A stretch of 13,549 bases of DNA from assembly GCA_010909165.1 (NCBI GenBank), contig VJWM01000415.1, positions 1 through 13,549 of the forward strand, in the 5' to 3' direction. The notes beneath the pieces were generated by a model. That model was not told the DNA's origin. It was given only the letters and a program-made list of their open reading frames with translations, and did not search any database. This document shows, piece after piece, positions 1 to 9,623 of this stretch (position 1 is its first letter; every line of letters begins with the position of its first letter). A program made the translations under genes and the position numbers. This DNA comes from Anthoceros angustus (taxonomy: Eukaryota; Plantae; Anthocerotophyta).

Positions 1-377
1 CATATGGCATGTCTCCTGATGCCAGAGAATTTGAAGTACCTACCTATAGAATCATGGAGGATGAGCGATGATCAGAAGATAGCCGTGTAGCTAGACTAGA
101 GTCTTCATAGAGCATGAGAACGCAGGGAAGATGCTTTAGAAGAACTCAATTCGTGGAGCTTAGAAAGGATGATGGGAAGTTGAGGAAGCAAGAAGCTATC
201 ATGGCCGGGATTTGGTTCTTCTATATGATAGCTATATGGACTTCCTGGAAGCTTAGATTGAGATGGATGGGACCTTATGAGGTGGTGGCAGGTATGAGAA
301 TGGATCCGCAACTGCAGCCGGATGGGGATTTGTCAACTAGAGTGAATGGGTGGAAGGTTAAGAAGTACACTCACTGA
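1..377 (+). pseudogene. Ty3/gypsy LTR retrotransposon pol, C-terminal integrase fragment (frameshifted; Athila/Tat-like, no chromodomain)
   Basis: Stitched frames give YGMSP..EFEVPTYRIMEDER, then VLLYDS..(F)PGKLRLRWMGPYEVV (GPY/F motif), ENGS and TRVNGWKVKKYTH*. This is the typical end of non-chromovirus plant gypsy integrases. The stop at 375-377 follows directly, leaving no room for a chromodomain. Confidence 0.9.
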
Positions 378-404
378 GATCGTTGTTTGCAGGACGCAAA
401 CAGT

Positions 405-413
405 GAGGGGGAG
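405..413 (+). promoter_or_regulatory. Polypurine tract (plus-strand primer site)
   Basis: GAGGGGGAG lies 28 bp after the integrase stop, followed by 2 nt (TA) and then the TG that starts the LTR. This is canonical PPT-LTR geometry. Confidence 0.8.
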
Positions 414-621
414 TATGTGGAACGAAAAAGTTTGGGCAACAAGCTTAAATGAGTTCGAGGAAAAGCCCACACTCTTTGCTAGAAATGGTTTGGGAAGACA
501 TGCAACCTTTTGATGTTCCCGAGCCTGAAGGCAAAAAGTATGTAAGGGAAAGAAAGAAACGGTCACCGTGGAGGAGAAGAGGTACATGAGTGGTAGGAGG
601 TGTCAACCACCGGGAGAAACT

Positions 622-770
622 CCTACCATTTAGGGTGAGAGATCCTACCACCGTAGGAGAAGAACCCACGCTAGGTCACCTACAGATGTAAACCAAGGCC
701 CAAGTACAACGTGGTCGGGAGGAAGTTGGGAGAATCGTAGGGAGTGGGCACCATGGTAGGATGTCCTACC
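622..770. repeat. Palindromic motif cluster A (left LTR)
   Basis: CCTACCATTTAGG 622-634, CCTACCACCGTAGG 644-657, CACCATGGTAGG 749-760. Confidence 0.7.
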
Positions 771-1029
771 GCCAGGAGAGGTAACGACTCAATTATTGCT
801 AGATAGATTTATAGTGGACTAGATGGGAAACGCAAATTAAGAAATTAAGAATAATGTGGATCAAGGACAAGGAAATTAGCCAAATTAGGATGATAAGGCA
901 CGCCCAAGGAAGAATGATAATATTTTTCTAACCAACGCCAAGGACAAACGGACTATATGTTCGCCCGAATCCCAAGCAAGATTATACTCGCTCCCCCAAG
1001 AGACTTAGTGTTTTAAGAAGTACAGGAAG

Positions 1030-3300
1030 TAATGCAGAGATCTAGGATAAAACTAGCTGTGTGGCACATCCGAGAGTGGGGAACCGCACAGGAGAGCATA
1101 CTCTCTCCCCAAGGCCATGCAGTATTACGCACCCAAGGCCAAGGAGGAGGAAGGAGAAGGAGAGCAAGCCACCGCAACACTTGAGCCCAAAGGTCCAAGA
1201 TGAGGGAAGAAGTGGGCGGAGCAAGTTGGGGCGCAACCAAGAAGCGTAAGAATGGGGTGTTAAAGAAGAGAGCAGGAGTTGAGCTTGGCCGGGGAAAAAG
1301 AAGAACGCAAAGAAAGAAAAGAAGAAGGCAAGAAGCTTGAGGAGAGTGCCAGAGAGCCGTGAAGTCAGAAGCCAAGAGCGAGAAGAAAACCAAAGCTGTG
1401 TGGAAAAAGGCCCACAACTTTTTTTTCCATCCTAACGCAAGTTTCCAAGGAGGCCATGACCAAGGACTGACCAAGGGAAACACAAGGAGGGGTTCCCAAG
1501 GGAGGTGCAGAGAGGCAAGAGGCCACCAAGGATCTGAAATGCTGACATGCCTTGTTTCGCAACTCAACCCTCTAGAGACCTTGGTGGATTTCGACAGCAG
1601 GAGAGAATATCCACTAGAGTGGGTGTATGGGCATTGGTCTACACCAAATTTGAATTGATTGAGAGTGCACATCAACCTCCATCAAGAGGAATTGGCCGCC
1701 TACGGAAGAAATGCTACGGACGATCCCTGCTGATGTAAGCATTCGCCAAGTTTATGGGAGGTCGGATGAGGAGGATAGCGGAATCGATTGGAAGCGACTA
1801 ATGGGGGCCGGCGGATATCCCAAGGAAGTATTAGACCCTTATGGAAGGTGGAATGAAGGCTAAGTCTAAGAATGGCTGGCGGAGAGTATCCAAATCTTGA
1901 GCCCAAGTGGAGATTGTTCACAAGAATTGGGCTTGGTGAAGCATCAAGGTGTCATATTTCAAAGACCTTTCCTTCCATTTTCTATGGAAGATAGGAGCAA
2001 AGCCGGATTGGGGCTCATCATGTATGAAGCTTACATTCATCATAGGGAGAAGTTGCCTAACGCAGCAGATGAAGAAGTGCAAGGCCTTGTTATCTTAGCA
2101 CTTATCTAGTGCATTTATGGGAAGTAGAGGGCTACAGCAAGGAGTTGGATGATTCCAAGCATCCCTTTAACATTATCCATCTCCAACCAAGGAGAGGCCG
2201 GATGCTTGCTTTTAAGGAGGACCGGGGAGGACCAGATCCTCCATTATTGCGGAAGACCAAGGCCAAAAGAAGGCTGCGAAGAAGAGATTGCTGCAAGGAG
2301 GAGGGAAGGCCAAATGGTGGGATTTGGATGCACCTACCGTGGAGGAGGAATAGGACCATTACCAAGGGTGTGACCATTTCCTTTGTGCCGCAGGGAGGAG
2401 GTGCTACCTACAGGGTAGGACCACGGCGAGGTGGACAACCTACAGGTAGGTAGAACACCCACCGGGCGTCCGTGAGGCGACGCCGCCACGGTAAGAAGGC
2501 AACCCAGGGAGGTAGGCCACCACCGGGGAAGAGAAGGAGCCGCGGAGAGCGGCAACAAGGCAGCCACCGAGTGGAGCGAGGGGGCATCCGGCAAGGACCT
2601 GAGGGAGCACATCATAGGAGGTGAAGATCCCGGCGAGGGAGATCGCGACGATTGAGGTGAAGGGACTCAAGAAAGAGACTCTCAAGTTGAAGTGGATGGG
2701 GAAAGGCTGGAAGGACCAAGAAGAGGAAACAAGGGTAGACAAACAAAAGGAAAGCAAGGTAGGAGGGCCGAAGCCATGGAGCTGAGATGCTCAGAAGGGA
2801 GAAGAAGGCAATCCAAGTGGAGGCAAGAACAAGTCAGCCACCCAAGGAAGATTAGGGACTTGGAGGAAGAAGCAGGTCTGAGCTTGGAGGTAAGAAGCAC
2901 GGAGAAGAAGACCTCCAAATATGGAGAGAGAAGAATGCATGGCAAGAGGAACAACCATCGCCCAAAGAATTGAATGAGCAACAGAGGGCTCACAAGAGGA
3001 GCATCACAAGAAGGTGGTGCACATGATGCCGTGGTAAGAAAAGAGTCAGGCGAGCCAAACTAAATTAACCAGATTGACAAGGGCCAAGGAAGAGAATGTC
3101 GCCAACGGAGAGTAGGAGAGCCGACATGGAGGGACGCCTAAGGGTAGGCAAAGACGGAGAATGGCCAAACTGGATGAGGAGATATCAAGGTCAGGAGCAC
3201 ATCTCCACAAGATTCTAAAAGCCAACAATGAGATACTCCGCTTGGAGGAGAATGCTTCATGATGATGAGGGAGGCTTTCTGTGTGCGAATGACTCAAGGA
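1030..3300 (+). pseudogene. Disrupted accessory ORF inside the left LTR (resembles the putative plant transposon protein / Athila env-like family); ends approximate
   Basis: Frame-stitched peptides: SQLNP..LVDFD..EYPLEWVYGH, YTKFELIE..INLHQ, WRLF, IMYEAYIHHREKL, YLVHLWEVEG. These are flanked by K/E/R-rich and possibly coiled-coil segments and match the right copy at peptide level. Confidence 0.6.
2404..2453. repeat. Palindromic motif cluster B (left LTR)
   Basis: CCTACAGGGTAGG 2407-2419, CCTACAGGTAGG 2439-2450. Confidence 0.65.
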
Positions 3301-3662
3301 GGTGACAAGTGAAATGGACTCAAGGATCTGAGGAAAGAGAGATGAAACCAGGCACAGGGAGAGCGCCGAAGGTAAACAAACGCAGGAGGTCAATCATGAG
3401 ATCATGCCATGGTGTAGCCAACCTGCTGGAGACATGGACCACAGAGGTCCGGGAAGCAGTCCAAGAGACCAAGTTAGGGAAAAAGGGAAAGAGATGGCCA
3501 ACATGGCGCCCACACGGAGGAAAGCCACTGAGAGGACGCCAAGGGCGGATCATTGCAGCGGAGTGGAGGAAGGAATCCTTAGCACGAGGGAGGGATGATC
3601 CAGCTGGGAGGAGACTTGAGGTGGAGGAATTGAAAGGTCTAAGGAAAAAGACAATCAAGATG

Positions 3663-3769
3663 CCATGGTAGGAGGACCCACCTGGAGGAAGAGCCAAGAA
3701 GACCTAAAATTGAAGGTGACCACCTACCACGGTAGGGTGGTCAACCTCCTTGGGGAACCTACCAGTAGG
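3663..3769. repeat. Palindromic motif cluster C (left LTR)
   Basis: CCATGGTAGG 3663-3672, CCTACCACGGTAGG 3723-3736, CCTACCAGTAGG 3758-3769. Confidence 0.7.
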
Positions 3770-4252
3770 AAGAAGGAGAGGGGGCCCCTGCAGAAGAAGA
3801 AGAGGGCAAGGATCCAAGGAGGAAGAGGAGAAGATCATGGGTGCAGTGAGCAAGGAGCTCACTTGCTCCACAAGTGAGAGGAAGAGGAGAAGTCGAGGAT
3901 GAGCCAAGGCTAAGAGAGCCCGGCTATTTTATTGGAGGAAGGAACTCAAGATAGGCATCAAGATAAGGGATTCATAAGAAGTCCTTAAATTAGCTTGAAG
4001 ACATGGGGCAAGATGCCACTTGGGAAGACTTTTCTTTAGAGGAGGAGTGCATTAATGCTTGTCCCCAGAGTGTGTTGACTAGCTAGATAGGAATGTTGAC
4101 AGAGCCATTAAGGCTCACATAGGTGAATTTTGCTAGAATAGAATTTTACCCAAGATGCTTGGATGTCGAACTTAAAGTCCGACAAGAGGATACACTAAAA
4201 TAAGAGGCAAAGGCTGTGAGGGCGCTGTGGGAGGCAGATGTGAGGACCTCCC

Positions 4253-4259
4253 TATAAAA
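4253..4259 (+). promoter_or_regulatory. Putative LTR TATA box (left LTR)
   Basis: CCTATAAAAG lies ~770 bp before the LTR 3' end and is positionally conserved in the right copy. Confidence 0.6.
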
Positions 4260-5798
4260 GGAGGGAGCCAAGTAAAATTATCGTGTCTTGCGCCCCATCC
4301 TCCCGAGTCCTTCACTTTGTGTGCGTGAATTTCGCCGGCCGCAAGCCAACGCAAAGGTCCGTAGAGAGGAGAACGCGCGGTCGGAGTGCCGGGTGGAGGG
4401 CTTGCTTTTTGCAGCGCCTCTAGCCTCCCTTGTGAATGGTTGTGGTGAATTGTTTTGCTTTGAGTGTGTGGCGATGCTCAAGGAACTCGGCTTGAGGGTA
4501 GACTGCAGGAAAGACTCGGAGGTTCTCCGTCTGCACAAACCACATAGCAACCGCCCAAGGAAGAACTCACACTTCCTGACGGACCCTGTGCACAGCGTAA
4601 GGGCGAGTTGGAATTAATGAGCCAAAGAATTGGTGTTAGAGTAGGAGATTGTGGAGGAAGGAAGGGTAGATGAGTAGAGAAGAAGAGGGCGTTGTTGATT
4701 GAGAGTTGTGAGGAGGATTAGAGCGTAGGAAAACTAAGGCCACAGAGCCTAAGGACGAATCCCAACTGCAAGTAAGAGGGCGCCCCTGTGGAGAAGAGTG
4801 TCTTAGGAGTAGGGACGGTTATGTGGGTCAGGGGTCCCCCGGGCGCCCGTGACGCCTTGTTAAAGACGTGGCAAATTGTGTGGTGTCGTTGTAGGTTGAG
4901 ACGTGGTGAGTTTACGGGCAAAGACAGCGGTAGTAGGCTGCTGTAGGGAGCGAGAGGGCGCCTGCTTTAGAAGGCTGAGGTGTGCCGCCGCAAGTAGTGA
5001 GTGATTTCGATTCGACTCTCCCACAAGTCTCATGGGACGAAACCCAACGACGACAAAGGATAAGTGTGGCTAGAGTGGGAAAATCTCGGACGCCCGGGGT
5101 TTTCCCACCACGACACTTCTCACCTTCTAAACAAGCGCCCTCTATTCTCCTCTTGCACCAGACCACTTGCCTGCCTTTCCGAAAATCGCCAATCCCTCGA
5201 CCTACAACGACACAAAACAATTGCAGGTCCCGCCTCGGCGAGGAGCCTATCACTGCGCCTGTGGACCCCCGATCCACACCGATTTCGTCCCTACTTAAGA
5301 CCACTCTTCTCACCTGTGGAGCGCTTTTACTTGCAGATTTGGGATCTGGCCCCTTAGGCTCACTGTGGCCTTCCACCAACACCTACACCTCTAATCCTCT
5401 CTCATCTTCTCATCTCCTCATCCTCTTCCTCCTATTCTAACCTCGCGGCTGGTTTCGACTCGCCCTTACTGCACCTGGGTCCGCCTCCACCAAGTTCTTC
5501 CTTGGGCCGGCTATGAGTTTGACACCAGAGAACCTCAGGAGTCTTTCCAGTCTACCCTCAAGCCGAGAGTTCCCGGCATTTGCCACACACCCAAAGCAAA
5601 GCAATTTCACAGAACCATTCACAAGGGAGCAACTCGTTTAGGCACTTGCAGGAGCAAGTCCTCCACCAAGCACTCCGACCACCGCGACTTCCTCTCTACC
5701 AGACATTGGCTCACACACACGAAATTCCTCTGAATGGCAAAGGACTCGGAGGGTGGAAGCGCAAGACATGATACTTTACTTTGTGAAATCCTCCTCCT

Positions 5799-5805
5799 CT
5801 TATAG
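5799..5805 (-). promoter_or_regulatory. Putative LTR TATA box (right LTR)
   Basis: The minus strand reads CCTCCTATAAGAGGAGG, homologous to left CTCCCTATAAAAGGAGG. Both are followed by the conserved TATCRTGTCTTGCGC block. Confidence 0.55.
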
Positions 5806-6273
5806 GAGGCCTTCCACATACAACCTCCCTTAGGTGACCCTCTGCAGTCCTTTTCCAATTTTTCTATTATTTCCTACCGCCAAGATTTAATGTCCGGCAC
5901 CTAAGTCTATTGTCCGATCCTTGGTAAATTCTATTCTAGTAACTTCACCTAAGACCATCCTTAAAGGATGTGTCTACACCACCTATCCTTCCTTCTTCCC
6001 AAAGCTCATTTATGGTCATTGACCATTCTTAGTCCTTATCTCACTGGGTGGTGACATGTCCCTTGGTGGATTGGCTCGCCTCCTTTTGCTCTGCCCTTCC
6101 CATCTTGTCGCTTCAATGTGGGGCAAGTACAATCCCGCCTTCCTCCATCTCGCGGGCGGCGCCTAAAGTCTGTCCTTCCAATCGCGCTCCGCGCACCTAG
6201 GCGCCTTTTCTCCAGCCTCCCGCTGGTCGCCTGCTCATCGACACAGTGGTCCGCGACATGGGGTAGGTAACTA

Positions 6274-6675
6274 CCTACCATGGTAGTCGTCCTATTCCTT
6301 CTTTCTCTCGCATCGGACTTGGTCAAGATCTCCATTGCTCCTTCTGTTGATTTGTCCATACCTACCATGAGCATTTTTAAAGAGTCTTCATCCCCATTCG
6401 CCACCATGGATCTGCCTAACTCGGGCCTTTTCGTTGGTCCTCTCCTGCCTTCCTCCCTTGCTCGGGGGGAGGGAACTTCTCACCCTCCCTTCCTCGGGAC
6501 CCCGTCCTGTTTCTCCGGTTGTCTCCCACCTCCGCCTCCAGGGGTATACCCCCCGGCTTCTTCTCTCCGCCCCCCCGGCCCGACTCCCAGCCCCGCTGCG
6601 CTGCACCTAGTCCGGGCACTACGGGGCGCCACCACGGTAGTCCGGGACTCTGGTAGGGTCACCCACCGTGGTAGG
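6274..6675. repeat. Palindromic motif cluster C' (right LTR)
   Basis: CCTACCATGGTAG 6274-6286, ACCACGGTAG 6631-6640, CCACCGTGGTAGG 6663-6675. Confidence 0.65.
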
Positions 6676-6829
6676 TTGACCCCGGGAGGGTGGGCTCCCT
6701 CCTCGCCTCTCGCCATCCTCCTTGGCGCTGCTCTCCTCCTCCTCGACTATTCCTGAGTCCATGGCCTCATCAAAATCGAGGCCTCCGCACTTGTTGCGCT
6801 CCTTCTGTCATCATCATGAGGACCCAATG

Positions 6830-9390
6830 TCCTCCTCTTGGCCAACGTAAGACTCATTGTTGGCCTTCAAAATCTGTGGAGGTGAGCCCCAAGCTATGAT
6901 ATTGCATTTGGAGATCATCAATCTCCGTGGCCACTCTCCATCCTTCACACCTACCTTGTAGGCGTCCCTTGAGGTGGTCAATTCCCCACCTTGACATGGA
7001 GGTCACATTCTCCTCCCTCGCTTCCTTTAGCCGGGCCAATTTTGCAAGGGCATCGCCCAAAATCGCCGCTTCCTCACTACCGATTCTGCACCACCTTCTT
7101 GTGATGCTCCTCCTCTGGAACCTCCTTTGTTCCACCGTATTTGCTTGGCAACCTTCTCCGCAAGCACCTCGGCCCCCTTTCTTGAGCTGGTCCCGAGCTT
7201 CTCCAACCAACGGTCCGCCTCAACTCCTCCCATGTCCCGGATTTTGATGGCTTGGGTAGCCATCACCGCTCATGCGCGTCCATTTGCTGGACCGCTACTT
7301 CTCCTTCCTAGAGCCTCTGCTTTGCCCTTTCTCTTGCTCTAATTGGGCAAAATGCTCCGCCTTTTGCTCCATGAATCCTTTGGGTGTTGCGAATATGGCT
7401 CTCTCTTCTTTGACAACCTTCCCTCTAGACCTTCTCGCGCCGCCATCCATGAGGTTGGAGCTTCTGCCTTTTCCTTGGCTTTTTTCATCGGACTCCATGG
7501 CCTCCAATTGCCACTTAGTCCTGCTTCCTCCCCCATGTCTTGGGCCTTCCTCTTGGCATGCCCACAAGGAGGCTAGCTAGCCCCTTCAAATCCACGCGTG
7601 AGTGCTTCACAAGCACCCAGAATTCTCCTAGGGGTCCTAATTCCACCCTCTGCCTTCTTGCTGGAAATTTCCAGCTCTCACACCGGGCCATCGGGCGCGG
7701 GTCCCTTCACTGTCGCTCCATCCGCCTCCCACCCGCGCGGAGATGGGGGCGCCGCGGCGCGTTTCTCTTCCTTCCCCGCCAGAGTCGCACTGGCGAGGGG
7801 TGCCTACCACTGCGGTGCGCCCCCACAGCCCGCCTACCTACCATGGTAGGTGCGCCTACCACGGTAGTCCGCCCACCCCTTGGGTAGCCGCCCCTACCGG
7901 GTAGCCAGGTGCCTCTCGTAGGCACAAATGAGATGGTGGGGACTCCCCACCCTTGGGCCATCACCCCTCCTGTAGTCCTTCTCTCATAGACTACCATTCG
8001 GCCTTCCTCGGCCGCCTCCCTCTCCCTTGCTTGCCCCTGGGGAAAAGATTCCCACTCAACCTTGTTGCCTCGCATCTTCTCCTCTTGCTTCTAGCATGCT
8101 TGTGGAGGTCGACCTCCCACTCTTTCTTCGCAATGCAAAGGCAAAGGCCTTTCCAACTCGGGAGGTGGATGACCTCAAAGGGATGCCAGCATCTTCAAGC
8201 TCCTTGCTTGTGAGAAGTCCCTCGGTTTCCCATAATGCACCAAATAGGTGCCGGTAGCATGGCCGGCCCTTCCTCATCCACCGAATTTGGCTTGAGGAGC
8301 TTCTCGGTGGATGTACGCTTCATACATAATGGTTCCCCAATCCGGCTTGGCTCCCATGGAAATCTTCCACAAAATTGGAGGAAGTTGGTGAAATAAGAAG
8401 TGCGTTGGTAATTTACCAACCCCAGCACAATCTTTGCGAAGAGCCTCCACTGCTCCTTGATGCTCTCGGTCTTCCAGCCATTCTTGGCGTGGGCCTTCAC
8501 CTCCATCCATCATGTCAAGGAACTGGAATATCGGAGAGGGTCCTCTTCCCTCCATTTGACCTTTCGAGGAGAGCAATTCGAGCTCTTCCTCCTCCTCCAT
8601 ACACTGTCGAATGCTCCTTACGGCCCCAGCGGGATCCGTTCGAGCATTCCTTTCCTGAAGCGGCAAGGGCGCTCGATTGATGGAGGTTGATGTAACACTC
8701 CTCAATCAATTCCAAATTGGTGTAGGCCCATTGGCGGCCATACACCCATCCCAATTGGATGTTCTCCTCCTCCGCCAGCCGAAAATCACTAAATCTCGGG
8801 GGTTGAGCTGCCAAAGCAAGTGAATTGGGGCATCAAAGCACCTCCCCTCGGCCCTCCTCTTTTTCCTTTCCTCCTCGCGAGCCTTGCTGGCTCCCTTCCT
8901 TGCCTTTTCCTCCTCGAGGCATGGCGCGCCTTCCTTCCAAGTGCAAAGGAAGGAATTACTTCCAATGCCAGTGCTCCCAAACTTTCTTCCAAACACTTCT
9001 CCTTGGGTAGCAACCACTTCACCGCAGCACACGCGTTAGCCCAGTCTTTCGCCACCTTCCCTTGTCCTTCTTCCGGTGGCGCCGATTTTCAACGCCTTCC
9101 GCCTCAATTTATGACCACGCTTGGTGCTGCTTCCTTGGCCCACACTTTCCTCCGCTGGGCGTGGCGAGTTCTCCCACTTTTCGCAGCTCCTTCCACCGGT
9201 CTCACGCCCGCCTTCTTCCTCGATGAAGCTGCCGCCGCCTCCCCGCCTTGCTGGCGATGGCGCCTCTTCTCGCAGCGATGGCGCCTTCCTTCGCTCACGC
9301 TCCAACGCCACCCTCTGTTCTTGCAAGTGGAGAAGCGCCCAAATCGCACTTTGCCCTCCTGGATGTCGCGGCGCACAACCCTAGATTGGG
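6830..9390 (-). pseudogene. Disrupted accessory ORF inside the right LTR (homolog of the left one); ends approximate
   Basis: Pieces from the ORF track join into HLLWQLNPRDLVIF / EENIQLGWVYG.QWAYTNLELIEECYINLHQ / KAHAKNGWKTESIKEQWRLFAKIVLGLVNYQRTSYF / ILWKISMGAKPDWGTIMYEAYIHRE / GTYLVH(L)WETEGLLTSKELED. A later charged helical segment reads AILGDALAKLARLKEAREE..RVATEIDDLQMQY. Confidence 0.65.
7803..7904. repeat. Palindromic motif cluster B' (right LTR)
   Basis: Perfect 14-bp palindrome CCTACCATGGTAGG at 7837-7850, CCTACCACGGTAG 7855-7867, CCTACCGGGTAG 7893-7904. Confidence 0.75.
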
Positions 9391-9549
9391 TTCATCATTC
9401 CAAAATCCTAATTCTATCTAAACTACCTATTTTCCTATCTCTCATCCTAATTAACCGCTTCTAATTACTCTATATATTTATTCCCTATTGGTGAGCATAT
9501 ATAGTGGATATCCCCTCTATTCTAAATTTCCTTTAGCCGAGATTTGTCA

Positions 9550-9623
9550 CCTACGTAGTCCGCCCTTACATGTAGTGCCCCACTCTTCTACCGGCGTGTG
9601 TGGCGACCACGGTAGTGCCTACC
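9550..9623. repeat. Palindromic motif cluster A' (right LTR)
   Basis: CCTACGTAG near 9550, ACCACGGTAG 9606-9615 and CCTACC 9618-9623; positionally equivalent to cluster A. Confidence 0.5.

Larger units (their letters stand above)
416..5025 (+). mobile_element. Very long (4610 bp) 3' LTR of the gypsy element
   Basis: Starts TGTGGAACGAAAAAGTTTGGGCAAC right after the PPT and ends ACTCTCCCACA, giving terminal inverted TGTGG...CCACA. Homology to the inverted copy at 5065-9826 begins and ends at these boundaries. TATA box at 4253. Confidence 0.8.

Noticed and set aside
1013-1675. 220-aa minus-strand ORF (and its mirror 8820..9464 on +, 214 aa) as a real membrane-protein gene
   Set aside because: These are antisense shadows of purine-rich K/E/R-coding sequence; the L/F/S/P richness follows from base composition, and the conserved synonymous pattern is on the opposite strand.
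416-5025. The unit as a LARD/TRIM-type element with its own short terminal LTRs
   Set aside because: I saw no direct repeat between its 5' and 3' ends and no internal PBS; it shows only the 5-bp terminal inverted repeat expected of a single LTR.
4912-5440. ORFs 4912..5382 (-), 4982..5440 (+) and 5064..5357 (+) around the LTR-LTR junction
   Set aside because: They lie in U5 and/or the spacer, two of them cross an insertion junction, and none shows recognisable motifs or conservation between the copies.
6280-6756. 158-aa Pro/Leu-rich ORF and nearby GC-rich ORFs
   Set aside because: Low-complexity GC-rich LTR segment with few stops by composition; no counterpart reading frame in the left LTR.
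7803-7904. Palindrome clusters as a CRISPR-like array
   Set aside because: The repeats are only 12-14 bp, degenerate and irregularly spaced, with no uniform spacers or cas genes, in eukaryotic TE context.
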